Part shown: piece by piece, positions 24,244 to 32,742 of the stretch
Layout of the letters: the number at the start of each line of letters is the position of its first letter
Position numbering within the stretch: position 1 is the stretch's first letter
Origin: a virus
Lineage: Duplodnaviria > Caudoviricetes
Reading direction: 5' to 3' (one strand)
DNA length: 33,680 bases
Virus record (IMG/VR): IMGVR_UViG_3300035154_000029
Location: 1 to 33,680 of that record
The notes under the pieces: generated by a model
What the model was told of the DNA's origin: nothing
The model's input: only the letters and a program-made list of their open reading frames with translations
The model's database searches: none
Program-made: the position numbers and the translations under genes

Positions 24244-27200
24244 GTGCTGATCGGGGAAGCGTCGATCCGGCTGGACGCCATCGCCGACGACCTGAAGCGC
24301 ACGATCGACCGGGACATCAACGACGCGCTGGCCGGGGTCAAGATCGACAACGACCCCCTGGTGAAGATGACCCAGAACCTCCGCAAGGCGGAGCTGGACC
24401 TGATCAACGCCGAAGACGGGCTCAACGCCGCGCACCGGGGCACCATCGAGTCGGAAGCCCAGCTGGAGAACCTCCGGCGGAGCGGGACCGCTACCGCGAA
24501 CCAGGTCAGCACGGCGGAGCGGAACCTCACCCGGGCGCGCGCGGAGGAGGCGGTGGCCGCCGACAAGGTCACCGCCTCCACCCAGAAGCTGGCCGTTGCG
24601 CACGGCACCCTGACGAAGTCCCAAAAGGACGGCGAGGCCCAGCAGAAGAGCTGGGTTCGCTCGGTGCTCGGGTCCTCCACGGTGATCGACTCCGTGGTCT
24701 CGAAGCTGAACATCTTCGGCCGGCGGAACAAGGACGCCGGTGACGAGAGCACCCGCACCGGCAAGAAGTTCCGGGACTCCGGGATTGACGCCAGCGGCCT
24801 GGGCAAGGTGCTGGACGGCGCACTGGGCGGCGCACTCAACCTGGTGTCCGGCCAGTTCTCCGCGATGGGCAGCGCGGGCAGCGGCATGTTCTCCCTGCTC
24901 ACCTCGAAGGCCGTCCTGCTACCGGCCGCGCTGGCTCCGCTGCTCGGGGTCGTCGGCGGGCTGATCATCGCGCTGCCCGCGCTCGCGGCCGTGGGTGGCG
25001 TGGCGCTCGGGGCCATCGCCCTCGGGATGGACGGGATCAAGCGGGCGTTCAAGCCGCTGTCCGACGACATCGACGCCCTGAAGTCCAAGGTGTCGGCCAG
25101 CTTCGAGTCCGCGCTAGCGCCCGCCGTGGCCAAGATGCCCGCGCTCTTCGGAGCCGCCACGTCCGGGCTCCAGAGTATGGCTACCGCGCTCGGTGGCACG
25201 GTCACTCAGCTGACCAACATGCTGACCACCAGCGAGAACCTTGCCAAGATCCGGGACCTGTTCAACCAGACGGCCCAGTTCATCCAGGGCATGCAACCGG
25301 GGATCAAGGCCTTCACCCAGGGGTTCCTCAACCTGGCGTCGGCGGTCGGCCCCCAGCTGAAAGAGCTGGGCTCCGCGCTGGGCTCGATCCTGAGTTCCAT
25401 CGGTGACGCGTTCAACCGGCTCCAGACCCTGGGGCTGGTGAAGCCCGCGATCGACGGGCTGGCCCAGGTCTTCCGCTCGATTGGCACGCTGCTCGGGCCG
25501 ATCCTGGAGCTGTTCGGCCGGCTCGCGGCCACGCTCCAGGGGCCGCTGGCCACGGTGATCACGGCGATCGCGAACGGGCTCAAGGCCGCGATGCCCGGGA
25601 TCCAGGCGTTCGCCGACGGGATCGGCAAGGCGCTCACGGCCCTGGCGCCCGCGCTCCAGGCGATCCTCCCGCTGGTCGGCCAGGTGGCCGGCCTGATCGG
25701 TGGCGTGCTCGGGACCGCGATCTCCGCGCTGGCTCCGCCGCTGACCACCCTGATCCAGGGACTGACCTCCGGGCTCGCCCCGGTGCTGCCCGCGATCTCG
25801 AAGGCGTTCGTCGACCTGGGCGCCGCGCTCGGGCCGGTGCTCCAGCAACTTGCCGTCGCCCTGGTGGCCGGGATCAACCAGCTGCTCCCGATCATCCCCC
25901 AGCTGCTCGGGGCGATCACCCAGCTGGCGCCGATCTTCCTCCAGCTGGTGAGCGCGATCATCCCGCTGATCCCGCCGCTGGTCCAGCTGGCCGCCACCCT
26001 GCTGCCGCCGCTGATCCGGCTGTGGTTGCTGGTCGAGAAGCCCATGCTGAACTTCGCGGTGACCATCGTCAACACGGTGGTGCCCGCGCTGCTCGACTTG
26101 ATCAACATCGTGCAGAAGGTCGTCACGGGAGTCGTCAACTTCTTCACCGATTTCGACACGAATGTGGGGAAAATCTGGGGCAATATCGTCAGTTTCTTCA
26201 AGGGAATTGGCGACGCCATTGGTTCATTCTTCAGTGGAATTGGCGACAAGATCGTCGGCTGGTTCCAGTCCGGCGTGGACTTCCTGGCCGCGCTCCCGGG
26301 CAGGGTCGGAGACTTCCTGGCCTCGCTGCCGGGCATCGTGGGCAACGCCTTGTACCAGGCCGCCGTGGCCATGGGGAACGCCGCGATCCAGGGCGTTGAG
26401 TGGGTGCTGGCGGAGATGATCGCCCTACCGGTCCAGATCGTCTTCGCCCTGGGCTCCCTGGCTGTCCAGCTCGGGACGTGGATCAACGACGGGTTCCACG
26501 CGGCGGTCGACGCGATCACGACCGGAATCGCGAACGTGGTCGTGTTCTTCAGTCAGCTCCCCGGCCGGGTGCTTGTGGCCGTAAGCAGTCTGCTCGGCAG
26601 TTTCAGCGCCTGGTGGAATGGCGTCTGGAATTCGGCGAAGCAGGCGGTCATCACGGGGATCGCGAACGTCGTGGTCTTCTTCAGTCAGCTGCCCGGCCGC
26701 GTGCTGGCCGCCGTGGGCTCCCTCGCGAACCAGCTCTTCAACTGGATGGCCAACGCCTGGAACTCGGCCAAGAACGCGGCGGCCAGCGGTGGTGAGAGCG
26801 TGGTCGGCTTCGTGCGCGGGCTGCCCGGCCGGATCCTGGGTGCCCTGGGCGACTTCGGGAACATGCTCTACAACGCCGGTAAGGCGATCATCCAGGGCTT
26901 GATCAACGGCATCAAGAACGCGGCGGGCGCGGTCGCCGGTGCCATCGGCGACGTGCTGGCGAAGGCGCGGCGCCTGCTGCCCTTCTCGCCCGCGAAGGAG
27001 GGCCCGTTCTCCGGGCGCGGCTGGGTGCTCTACTCGGGCATGTCGATCCCGCTGGCGATCGCCGACGGGATCCGGCGGATGGCCGGCTCCGCGATCGGGG
27101 AGGCCGCCGCGCTCGCGGCCGCCGTCCAGGCCGAACTCAACCTCACGCCGACGATCGACACATCGGCCCTGAGCGCCACCACGCCGAACGTGCCGAACCT

Positions 27201-27402
27201 CTCGGGCTCCAGTACCCAGCAGGCCACGGCGGCGGCTCAGCTGGCCACGCTCCAGGCGCTGGTGGACTCTCTGGCCGCCCAGGGCAAGACACTCCCGGAT
27301 GACCTCGCGGCGGCGCTGGAGAAGCTGCGTGTCGTAGTGTCCGCCGATGAGGTGGCCAGCGGCGTGAAGTCCGTCGACCAGTCGAACGCCCGGAGGCGGT
27401 AA
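24244..27402 (+). CDS. Tape measure protein
   Basis: 1052 aa, Ala/Leu/Gly-rich amphipathic repeats, LIGEASIRL N-terminus, PFSPAKEGP motif. Confidence 0.95.
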   Translation: MLIGEASIRLDAIADDLKRTIDRDINDALAGVKIDNDPLVKMTQNLRKAELDLINAEDGLNAAHRGTIESEAQLENLRRSGTATANQVSTAERNLTRARAEEAVAADKVTASTQKLAVAHGTLTKSQKDGEAQQKSWVRSVLGSSTVIDSVVSKLNIFGRRNKDAGDESTRTGKKFRDSGIDASGLGKVLDGALGGALNLVSGQFSAMGSAGSGMFSLLTSKAVLLPAALAPLLGVVGGLIIALPALAAVGGVALGAIALGMDGIKRAFKPLSDDIDALKSKVSASFESALAPAVAKMPALFGAATSGLQSMATALGGTVTQLTNMLTTSENLAKIRDLFNQTAQFIQGMQPGIKAFTQGFLNLASAVGPQLKELGSALGSILSSIGDAFNRLQTLGLVKPAIDGLAQVFRSIGTLLGPILELFGRLAATLQGPLATVITAIANGLKAAMPGIQAFADGIGKALTALAPALQAILPLVGQVAGLIGGVLGTAISALAPPLTTLIQGLTSGLAPVLPAISKAFVDLGAALGPVLQQLAVALVAGINQLLPIIPQLLGAITQLAPIFLQLVSAIIPLIPPLVQLAATLLPPLIRLWLLVEKPMLNFAVTIVNTVVPALLDLINIVQKVVTGVVNFFTDFDTNVGKIWGNIVSFFKGIGDAIGSFFSGIGDKIVGWFQSGVDFLAALPGRVGDFLASLPGIVGNALYQAAVAMGNAAIQGVEWVLAEMIALPVQIVFALGSLAVQLGTWINDGFHAAVDAITTGIANVVVFFSQLPGRVLVAVSSLLGSFSAWWNGVWNSAKQAVITGIANVVVFFSQLPGRVLAAVGSLANQLFNWMANAWNSAKNAAASGGESVVGFVRGLPGRILGALGDFGNMLYNAGKAIIQGLINGIKNAAGAVAGAIGDVLAKARRLLPFSPAKEGPFSGRGWVLYSGMSIPLAIADGIRRMAGSAIGEAAALAAAVQAELNLTPTIDTSALSATTPNVPNLSGSSTQQATAAAQLATLQALVDSLAAQGKTLPDDLAAALEKLRVVVSADEVASGVKSVDQSNARRR

Positions 27403-28274
27403 TGGAGCGGATCTACCTCGGGCCGGTCGGCCGGCTGATGGCGATCGACGTTCCGTCGGCGGGCTACACGCACGACTTCGTGGAGTACGGCTCCGAGCAC
27501 ATCCCGCTGTCCGGCCAGCGCACGAAGGACGTGTTCAGCCGCCGCCACGAGTTCGCGATCGACACCGACGGCCTGACCCCGCGCGCGCTCTCGTGGTTCC
27601 GGATGCTCTACACGGAGGCGATCACCGGGCCGCTGTACCTGCGCGAGTCCTCGGAGAAGAACCTGCTCCGGGGCCGGATCAGCTCAACCACGTCCACGAT
27701 CTTCATGCTGCCGGGCTCGACCGACTGGAGCGCGCCGGGCGCTGGCGACACCGTGACCTCCGTGGCCGCCACGAACTTGCTGCTGCCCTCCGCCACCCCG
27801 GGCGAGGAGCTGAGCCCGGGGCCCTCGAAGGCGGTCAGCTGGTTCGCCAACAACGCGAATCGACTGATGACCGATACGGCCGTGATCCCGGTGCTGCCCG
27901 GCGAGAAGCTGTGCTTCTCCGCCTACGCCCAGTCCGGCACGCCGACCCTGGAGATCGTGCCCTACAACGCCGCCCTGGTCGCTCAGGCGCCGGTCACCGG
28001 AACCGTGGTCGTCGCGGGCACGCCGCCGCGCCGGTACGTCCCGTACACCGTGCCGACGAACGGGACCATCGTGGCCGTCCAGGTCCAGCTTCGACAAGCC
28101 ACCAGTGGAACTGCGGTCACGCACGGCTGGCAGCTAGAGAGCGGCGTGCTGGTGCCGACCTCCTGGGTGCTCGGGCTCGGGGTGCCCAAGGTGATGATGG
28201 TCGAGAGCGCGGCCGGCTCCCGGCAAGCCGTCGGGCCGTACACCAATGGCACGTTCAGCTTTAAGGAGATCTAG
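27402..28274 (+). CDS. Minor tail protein (distal-tail-like)
   Basis: Directly follows the tape measure; beta-rich. Confidence 0.8.
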   Translation: MERIYLGPVGRLMAIDVPSAGYTHDFVEYGSEHIPLSGQRTKDVFSRRHEFAIDTDGLTPRALSWFRMLYTEAITGPLYLRESSEKNLLRGRISSTTSTIFMLPGSTDWSAPGAGDTVTSVAATNLLLPSATPGEELSPGPSKAVSWFANNANRLMTDTAVIPVLPGEKLCFSAYAQSGTPTLEIVPYNAALVAQAPVTGTVVVAGTPPRRYVPYTVPTNGTIVAVQVQLRQATSGTAVTHGWQLESGVLVPTSWVLGLGVPKVMMVESAAGSRQAVGPYTNGTFSFKEI

Positions 28275-30824
28275 GTGCAGCAGGCAGGAGACACCAACCT
28301 GGCCGCCGCGCTCGCGCCCGGCCAGAAGCGGTACCACGGGACCGTGCTGAAGATCGACTGGGCGCGGAACAACACCTTCGCCGACCCGCTGTCGGACCTT
28401 TCGGCGAACGTGGAGGAGTGGAGCCTGGATCGCCAGCTGGCCGGCGTGGTGCCGGACGAACTCCAGACCACCGAGGGCTACTCCACGGCGAAAATCACGA
28501 TCAAGCTGAGCGGCAACACGCCCACCGGCGACGGCACTCCACTGTGGAAGGTCTTCAGCCCGTTCAGCGCGTACGGGACGTACGGCTCCGGCGCCGCGCT
28601 GAACATCCCCATGCTGCTCCAGTCCACGGTCCAAAGCCCGCTGGGGTTCTGGCAGGTGGACCAGATCACCGGCTGGATCGACAGCGCGGTCCCCGACCTC
28701 GCGAGCGGCAGCGTGACGATGGTCTGCTTCGACGGCGGCGGCCAGCTGGAGACTGGCGTGACGATCAGCCGCTGGGCTGCCGACGCCTACCGCCGGGAGA
28801 GCTACTTCGGCGACACCGCCGCGAACACCGGCGAGGCGCTGGAGTCCGGCACGATGTCCGCGTGCTGGCTCCTGGACTCCGTGCTCCGCCGCTCGGGCTT
28901 CTACGAAGGGCCGCCCTGGCACCCGGGGTGCGTCGTCGGCTGGACGCTGCGCGGCGGGGCGCTGCCCGAGGTCGGCGCCTGGAACCAGATCACCCAGTGG
29001 AACTTCACCAACACCTACGACTTCGGGATGCGGCAGAGCCTGCCGAACCAGACGCCCGCCTGCCAGACCACTGGTGAGCTGTGGAGCAAGGCGGCCGGGA
29101 AGTACGGGCCCGCGTTCAAGGGGAAGTACAACCTGGGCAACTACTCCACCACCGGCTCTCGGGGAATCACGGAGATCGACACCAACGTCCAGGCCGCCGC
29201 GTGGTACGGCGCCGACACCTACGCCGGGAACAACTCGAACCTGGTCGGCTTCGCCGGATGGGTGTACGTCGACACCGCGTCGGCCAGCGACCCGTGGACC
29301 ACCAGCCAGTTCTTCCTCTCCGCGTACCACCAGAACTTCAGTGGTTCGGACCGGTACCCGGCGAACGTCGTGGTCACGCTCAAGCACAAGACGGCCAGCG
29401 CCAAGCTGGAGGTCAACAACGAGGGGTACACGAAGAACTGGGCGTGGACGATCAGCCTGGGAACGACGGGGTGGCACTACTACTCGGCAGTGGTCCAGTT
29501 CACCAGCACGCAGGTGTTCGGCTCCGTGTGGCTGGACGGCGCGCAGGTCGTCAACCACACCAACGGCGGGCTGGTCGGGGCGCTCGGAGCGCTCACGTAC
29601 CAGTGGATCGAAGGCATGACGAACACGGTGCTGTTGAACGTGGAGGGCACCGCCCAGTATCTACAGTGGACGCTGGGGTACGACACGCCGATAGCGAGCT
29701 ACGTCCAGCCCCAGTCCACCCCGCCCACGGCGCCACGCCAACAGGCGAAGGTGGACCTGGCCGGCCAGCGGCTGATCTGGCTGCCGAACATCGAGAGCGA
29801 CGCGGCGGGCGACGTGATCAAGGCGATCACGTCGGCGGACCTGGGCGCCTTCTACTTCACGGAGCAGGGCGTGGCGACGTTCGACAGCCGGGCCACGGTG
29901 AAGGGCCGCCAGCTGTCGGCGAACTCCGTTTTTGACGTGACGATCGACAACGCCCTGAACCTCACGCCGGTCGCCGCGTACCTATCGGTCGCCAACCGGA
30001 TCGGCTACACGGCGAACACAAAGCTGGCCGTGCCCTACTCCACCGTGTACGCGGCCAGCAAGCCTGACCAGTTCCTGACCCAGCCCGGGAAGACGCCTCG
30101 GTTCAACGTGACCATGTCGGATGTCCAGTCGTTCTACTGTGGACAGATCCCGGCGCTGACGTTCCCGCAGGGCTACGACCCTGGGCTGAGCCCGCCCACG
30201 CTGTACTGGCAGCAGTACATGCAATTTTACACTCCGTCGTATTACAACAACGGTCTGTGCCTGTACGTCCCGGGTACGCGCCCGAGCAACGGCCCGCCGC
30301 CGGTCGGCGCGAACATGGCCGTCTACGCCCTCCCCGGCTGGTTCAACATCGACGCCAACAACCGGCACCTCCGGATCGCCATCCTGGGCAGCTTCTCCAG
30401 CCAGACGGAGCTGGCCGTGGACGACTCCACCGCGTTCCTGAAGATAGGCGGGACCGTGCTCGCCGACCGGCCCCAGGTGGTCGAGTCGGTCAGCGACAGC
30501 ACGTCGATCGCCCGCTTCAAGGAGCGCGTCTACAACATCCCCGCGAGCGAATGGACCCAGGACATCCTCTGGCTGCGCTCGCTGTCCGCCTCACTGCTGG
30601 CCGACACGAAGAACCCCACGGTCCAGTTCCAGGAGATCGAAGTGGTGGGTGACCCCCGCCGCCAGCTCCAGGACGTGTGCCGGGTGATCCACCGCGACGC
30701 GGCCGGCGGGCAGCCCGGGATGACCGGCGCGACCCAGGCCTACGGCTCCGTGGTCGGGATCAAGCGGACGTGCTCGGGCGGCAAGCTGACCGACAAACTC
30801 ACGATCCGCACCTTCCCGGGGTAA
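28275..30824 (+). CDS. Minor tail protein (hub-like) with a probable LamG/ConA-like insert
   Basis: 849 aa; IDW..N.F N-terminus, GWHY...WLDG motif, GDPR.QL.D C-terminus. Confidence 0.8.
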   Translation: MQQAGDTNLAAALAPGQKRYHGTVLKIDWARNNTFADPLSDLSANVEEWSLDRQLAGVVPDELQTTEGYSTAKITIKLSGNTPTGDGTPLWKVFSPFSAYGTYGSGAALNIPMLLQSTVQSPLGFWQVDQITGWIDSAVPDLASGSVTMVCFDGGGQLETGVTISRWAADAYRRESYFGDTAANTGEALESGTMSACWLLDSVLRRSGFYEGPPWHPGCVVGWTLRGGALPEVGAWNQITQWNFTNTYDFGMRQSLPNQTPACQTTGELWSKAAGKYGPAFKGKYNLGNYSTTGSRGITEIDTNVQAAAWYGADTYAGNNSNLVGFAGWVYVDTASASDPWTTSQFFLSAYHQNFSGSDRYPANVVVTLKHKTASAKLEVNNEGYTKNWAWTISLGTTGWHYYSAVVQFTSTQVFGSVWLDGAQVVNHTNGGLVGALGALTYQWIEGMTNTVLLNVEGTAQYLQWTLGYDTPIASYVQPQSTPPTAPRQQAKVDLAGQRLIWLPNIESDAAGDVIKAITSADLGAFYFTEQGVATFDSRATVKGRQLSANSVFDVTIDNALNLTPVAAYLSVANRIGYTANTKLAVPYSTVYAASKPDQFLTQPGKTPRFNVTMSDVQSFYCGQIPALTFPQGYDPGLSPPTLYWQQYMQFYTPSYYNNGLCLYVPGTRPSNGPPPVGANMAVYALPGWFNIDANNRHLRIAILGSFSSQTELAVDDSTAFLKIGGTVLADRPQVVESVSDSTSIARFKERVYNIPASEWTQDILWLRSLSASLLADTKNPTVQFQEIEVVGDPRRQLQDVCRVIHRDAAGGQPGMTGATQAYGSVVGIKRTCSGGKLTDKLTIRTFPG

Positions 30825-30863
30825 TCTGGCAGTGCCGTGCTGGGCAGGTGCGGTGTTCCTCCA

Positions 30864-30899
30864 GCGGAGCCCCCGAGGCAGCGACTCGGGGGCTTTCGC
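30864..30899. terminator. Probable bidirectional terminator
   Basis: GAGCCCCCGAG/CTCGGGGGCTT stem between convergent genes. Confidence 0.75.
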
Positions 30900-30902
30900 A
30901 TG

Positions 30903-31364
30903 TCAGCGGTACTGCGAGCCTCGCGGGCGCGTCGCCGGTACCGGCCGTTGCTCCGCCTCCAGTTTCCGCCAGCAGTGCCGCTGAGCACGCTCAGTGAGCA
31001 CGCCGAAGTCGCCCTGTTCGTCCAGCACCACCCAGTTCTTGCCCCGGTAGAGCACCGGCGTGATGGCCATGGCTTCGTCATCCACGTGCGCGGACAGCAG
31101 GTATCCGCGCGGGCGACTCCAGCTCGGGAGCTGGTGCACGCTCCACGGCGCCCCGTTGTGTACCTCGGGGTCGAGCGCGAGCAGGTTGCACGGCGAGTCG
31201 GTCAGCGGCCGGTACGTCCCGCCCATGCCCTTCAGGCGCCGGTGGTGCCGGTCGAACGTGTCGCGATCCAGCGCGCGCCCGCTCACCTCGCAAAACCCCT
31301 CCGACCTGGTCCACAGCATCTCGGTGATCTCGCGCCAGTTCGGGTCCGGTCGCTTCTTGCCCAT
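30903..31364 (-). CDS. HNH endonuclease-like protein
   Basis: HHRRLKGMGG...NLLAL...H...VH...GYLL pattern; AAGGAG RBS before ATG 31364. Confidence 0.8.
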   Translation of the reverse strand: MGKKRPDPNWREITEMLWTRSEGFCEVSGRALDRDTFDRHHRRLKGMGGTYRPLTDSPCNLLALDPEVHNGAPWSVHQLPSWSRPRGYLLSAHVDDEAMAITPVLYRGKNWVVLDEQGDFGVLTERAQRHCWRKLEAEQRPVPATRPRGSQYR

Positions 31365-31391
31365 CGTGGTGGTCTCCTTGGCCGGCGGGTC

Positions 31392-31422
31392 TTGCACTTC
31401 CCCCCATTATAGGGGGTAAGAT
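31392..31422. promoter_or_regulatory. Divergent promoter with operator variant (P6)
   Basis: CCCCCCATTATAGGGGG (31400-31416) followed by TAAGAT on +; TATAAT on the minus strand at 31411-31406. Confidence 0.7.
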
Positions 31423-31429
31423 GGCGAGC

Positions 31430-31852
31430 ATGAACAGCACGGTAACCCCCGAAGAGGCGGAGGAGAGGAAGGTCCCGGAAGAGATCATGATCCGGACCGA
31501 CCTGTACGAAGCCGCCATGACACGCGCCCTCTACCAGGGCGAAACGTTGGCCAGTGTGACCCGCGCGTGTTACTTCGCGGCGGCCGCGCTGGCCAAGCCG
31601 ATCGACGGCGGGAAGGCGCGAATCCGTCCCCGACCGTACGGCGAAGACCGCGAGCGCATCCGCTTCCGCGTCCCGAAGGGCCAGCGAACGGCCACCCGGG
31701 ACACCATCGAATCCGCCGGGATCAGCGTCCCGGCGGCGGTGGAACAGATGCTGGAGTACTACGTGGAGCACGGCTCGATCATCGGCTTCGCTGCGCTGGT
31801 GATCACCGAGCCCGAGACCACGCCGAAGAGCACCAACGAGGAGAGCGAGTAA
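31430..31852 (+). CDS. Putative DNA-binding protein with two ribbon-helix-helix-like units
   Basis: EIMIRTDLYEAA..RA...GETLASV.R and RIRFRVP.......IE.AGISVPAAVEQMLEYYV patterns. Confidence 0.55.
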   Translation: MNSTVTPEEAEERKVPEEIMIRTDLYEAAMTRALYQGETLASVTRACYFAAAALAKPIDGGKARIRPRPYGEDRERIRFRVPKGQRTATRDTIESAGISVPAAVEQMLEYYVEHGSIIGFAALVITEPETTPKSTNEESE

Positions 31853-31854
31853 CG

Positions 31855-32742
31855 ATGACCGCGCCTGCCCAGGACGACCAGACCAGCGCGCCCGCCGCAC
31901 CAGCGATCTACGCGGCGGTGGCCGCCGTCATGAAGCAAGTCACCTACGTGCCGAAGGCCGGTCAGTACGACGGCGGCCGGTCGGGAAGCTACGCCTTCCG
32001 CAAGTTCGAGGACACCGCCGCCGCGCTCGCGGTCGCGTTCCGCCAGCACGGCATCTTCGTGGGTTCCCGCGTCGTCGCCTCCAGCCACGAGATCGACAAG
32101 AAGCCGTTCAAGGACGGTGGCGGTTACCAGGCGTGGATGTCCGCCTTCGTGACCATGGAGTACACGTTCACCAGCCTGGTGGATGGCTCCTCGGTGACGG
32201 CCGGGTCGATCGGCGAGGGCAAGGACACCAGCGACAAGGCCAGCGCCAAGGCGATGACCATGGCGATGAAGTCCGCACTGACCCAGGCGTTCATGATCGC
32301 GACCGACGACCCGGACCCCGATGGTGAGCGCCCCGGCGACTACTCCCCGCCCATCGGCGGCGGTGAGGGCTACGACCCGAACCAGGCCGCCCGTGACCGC
32401 CACGCCGCCCAGCGCCAGGCTGCGGGCGACGCTGGTGTCAACCCGCCCCAGGTCAACGGCACGCGCGCGGAGAAGGTGGCCCAGTGGGTCGACTGGGTCC
32501 GGCGCGAGTTCGCGAACGAAGCCATGACGCTGGAGCGCCTGGCCTTCATCCACATGCTGACCAGTCAGAAGCAGTTGCTGGGCGTGGACGCCGGGGGCGT
32601 GCCGCTGGAGACGCGGATCAAGGCGGAGCTGGCCCGCTGGCAGCTCAACCCGAATGGCGCGATGCCCACCCCCGAGCAGGCCGCCGCGTACATGGCCCGC
32701 CAGCAGGGCACCACGAACCACCCGAGCGAGGTTGAGAGCTGA
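31855..32742 (+). CDS. ERF-family ssDNA-annealing protein
   Basis: IYAA...VM, YAFR..ED and GEG.D..DKA..KAMT.A.K.AL...F.I.T.D.DPD motifs. Confidence 0.9.
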   Translation: MTAPAQDDQTSAPAAPAIYAAVAAVMKQVTYVPKAGQYDGGRSGSYAFRKFEDTAAALAVAFRQHGIFVGSRVVASSHEIDKKPFKDGGGYQAWMSAFVTMEYTFTSLVDGSSVTAGSIGEGKDTSDKASAKAMTMAMKSALTQAFMIATDDPDPDGERPGDYSPPIGGGEGYDPNQAARDRHAAQRQAAGDAGVNPPQVNGTRAEKVAQWVDWVRREFANEAMTLERLAFIHMLTSQKQLLGVDAGGVPLETRIKAELARWQLNPNGAMPTPEQAAAYMARQQGTTNHPSEVES

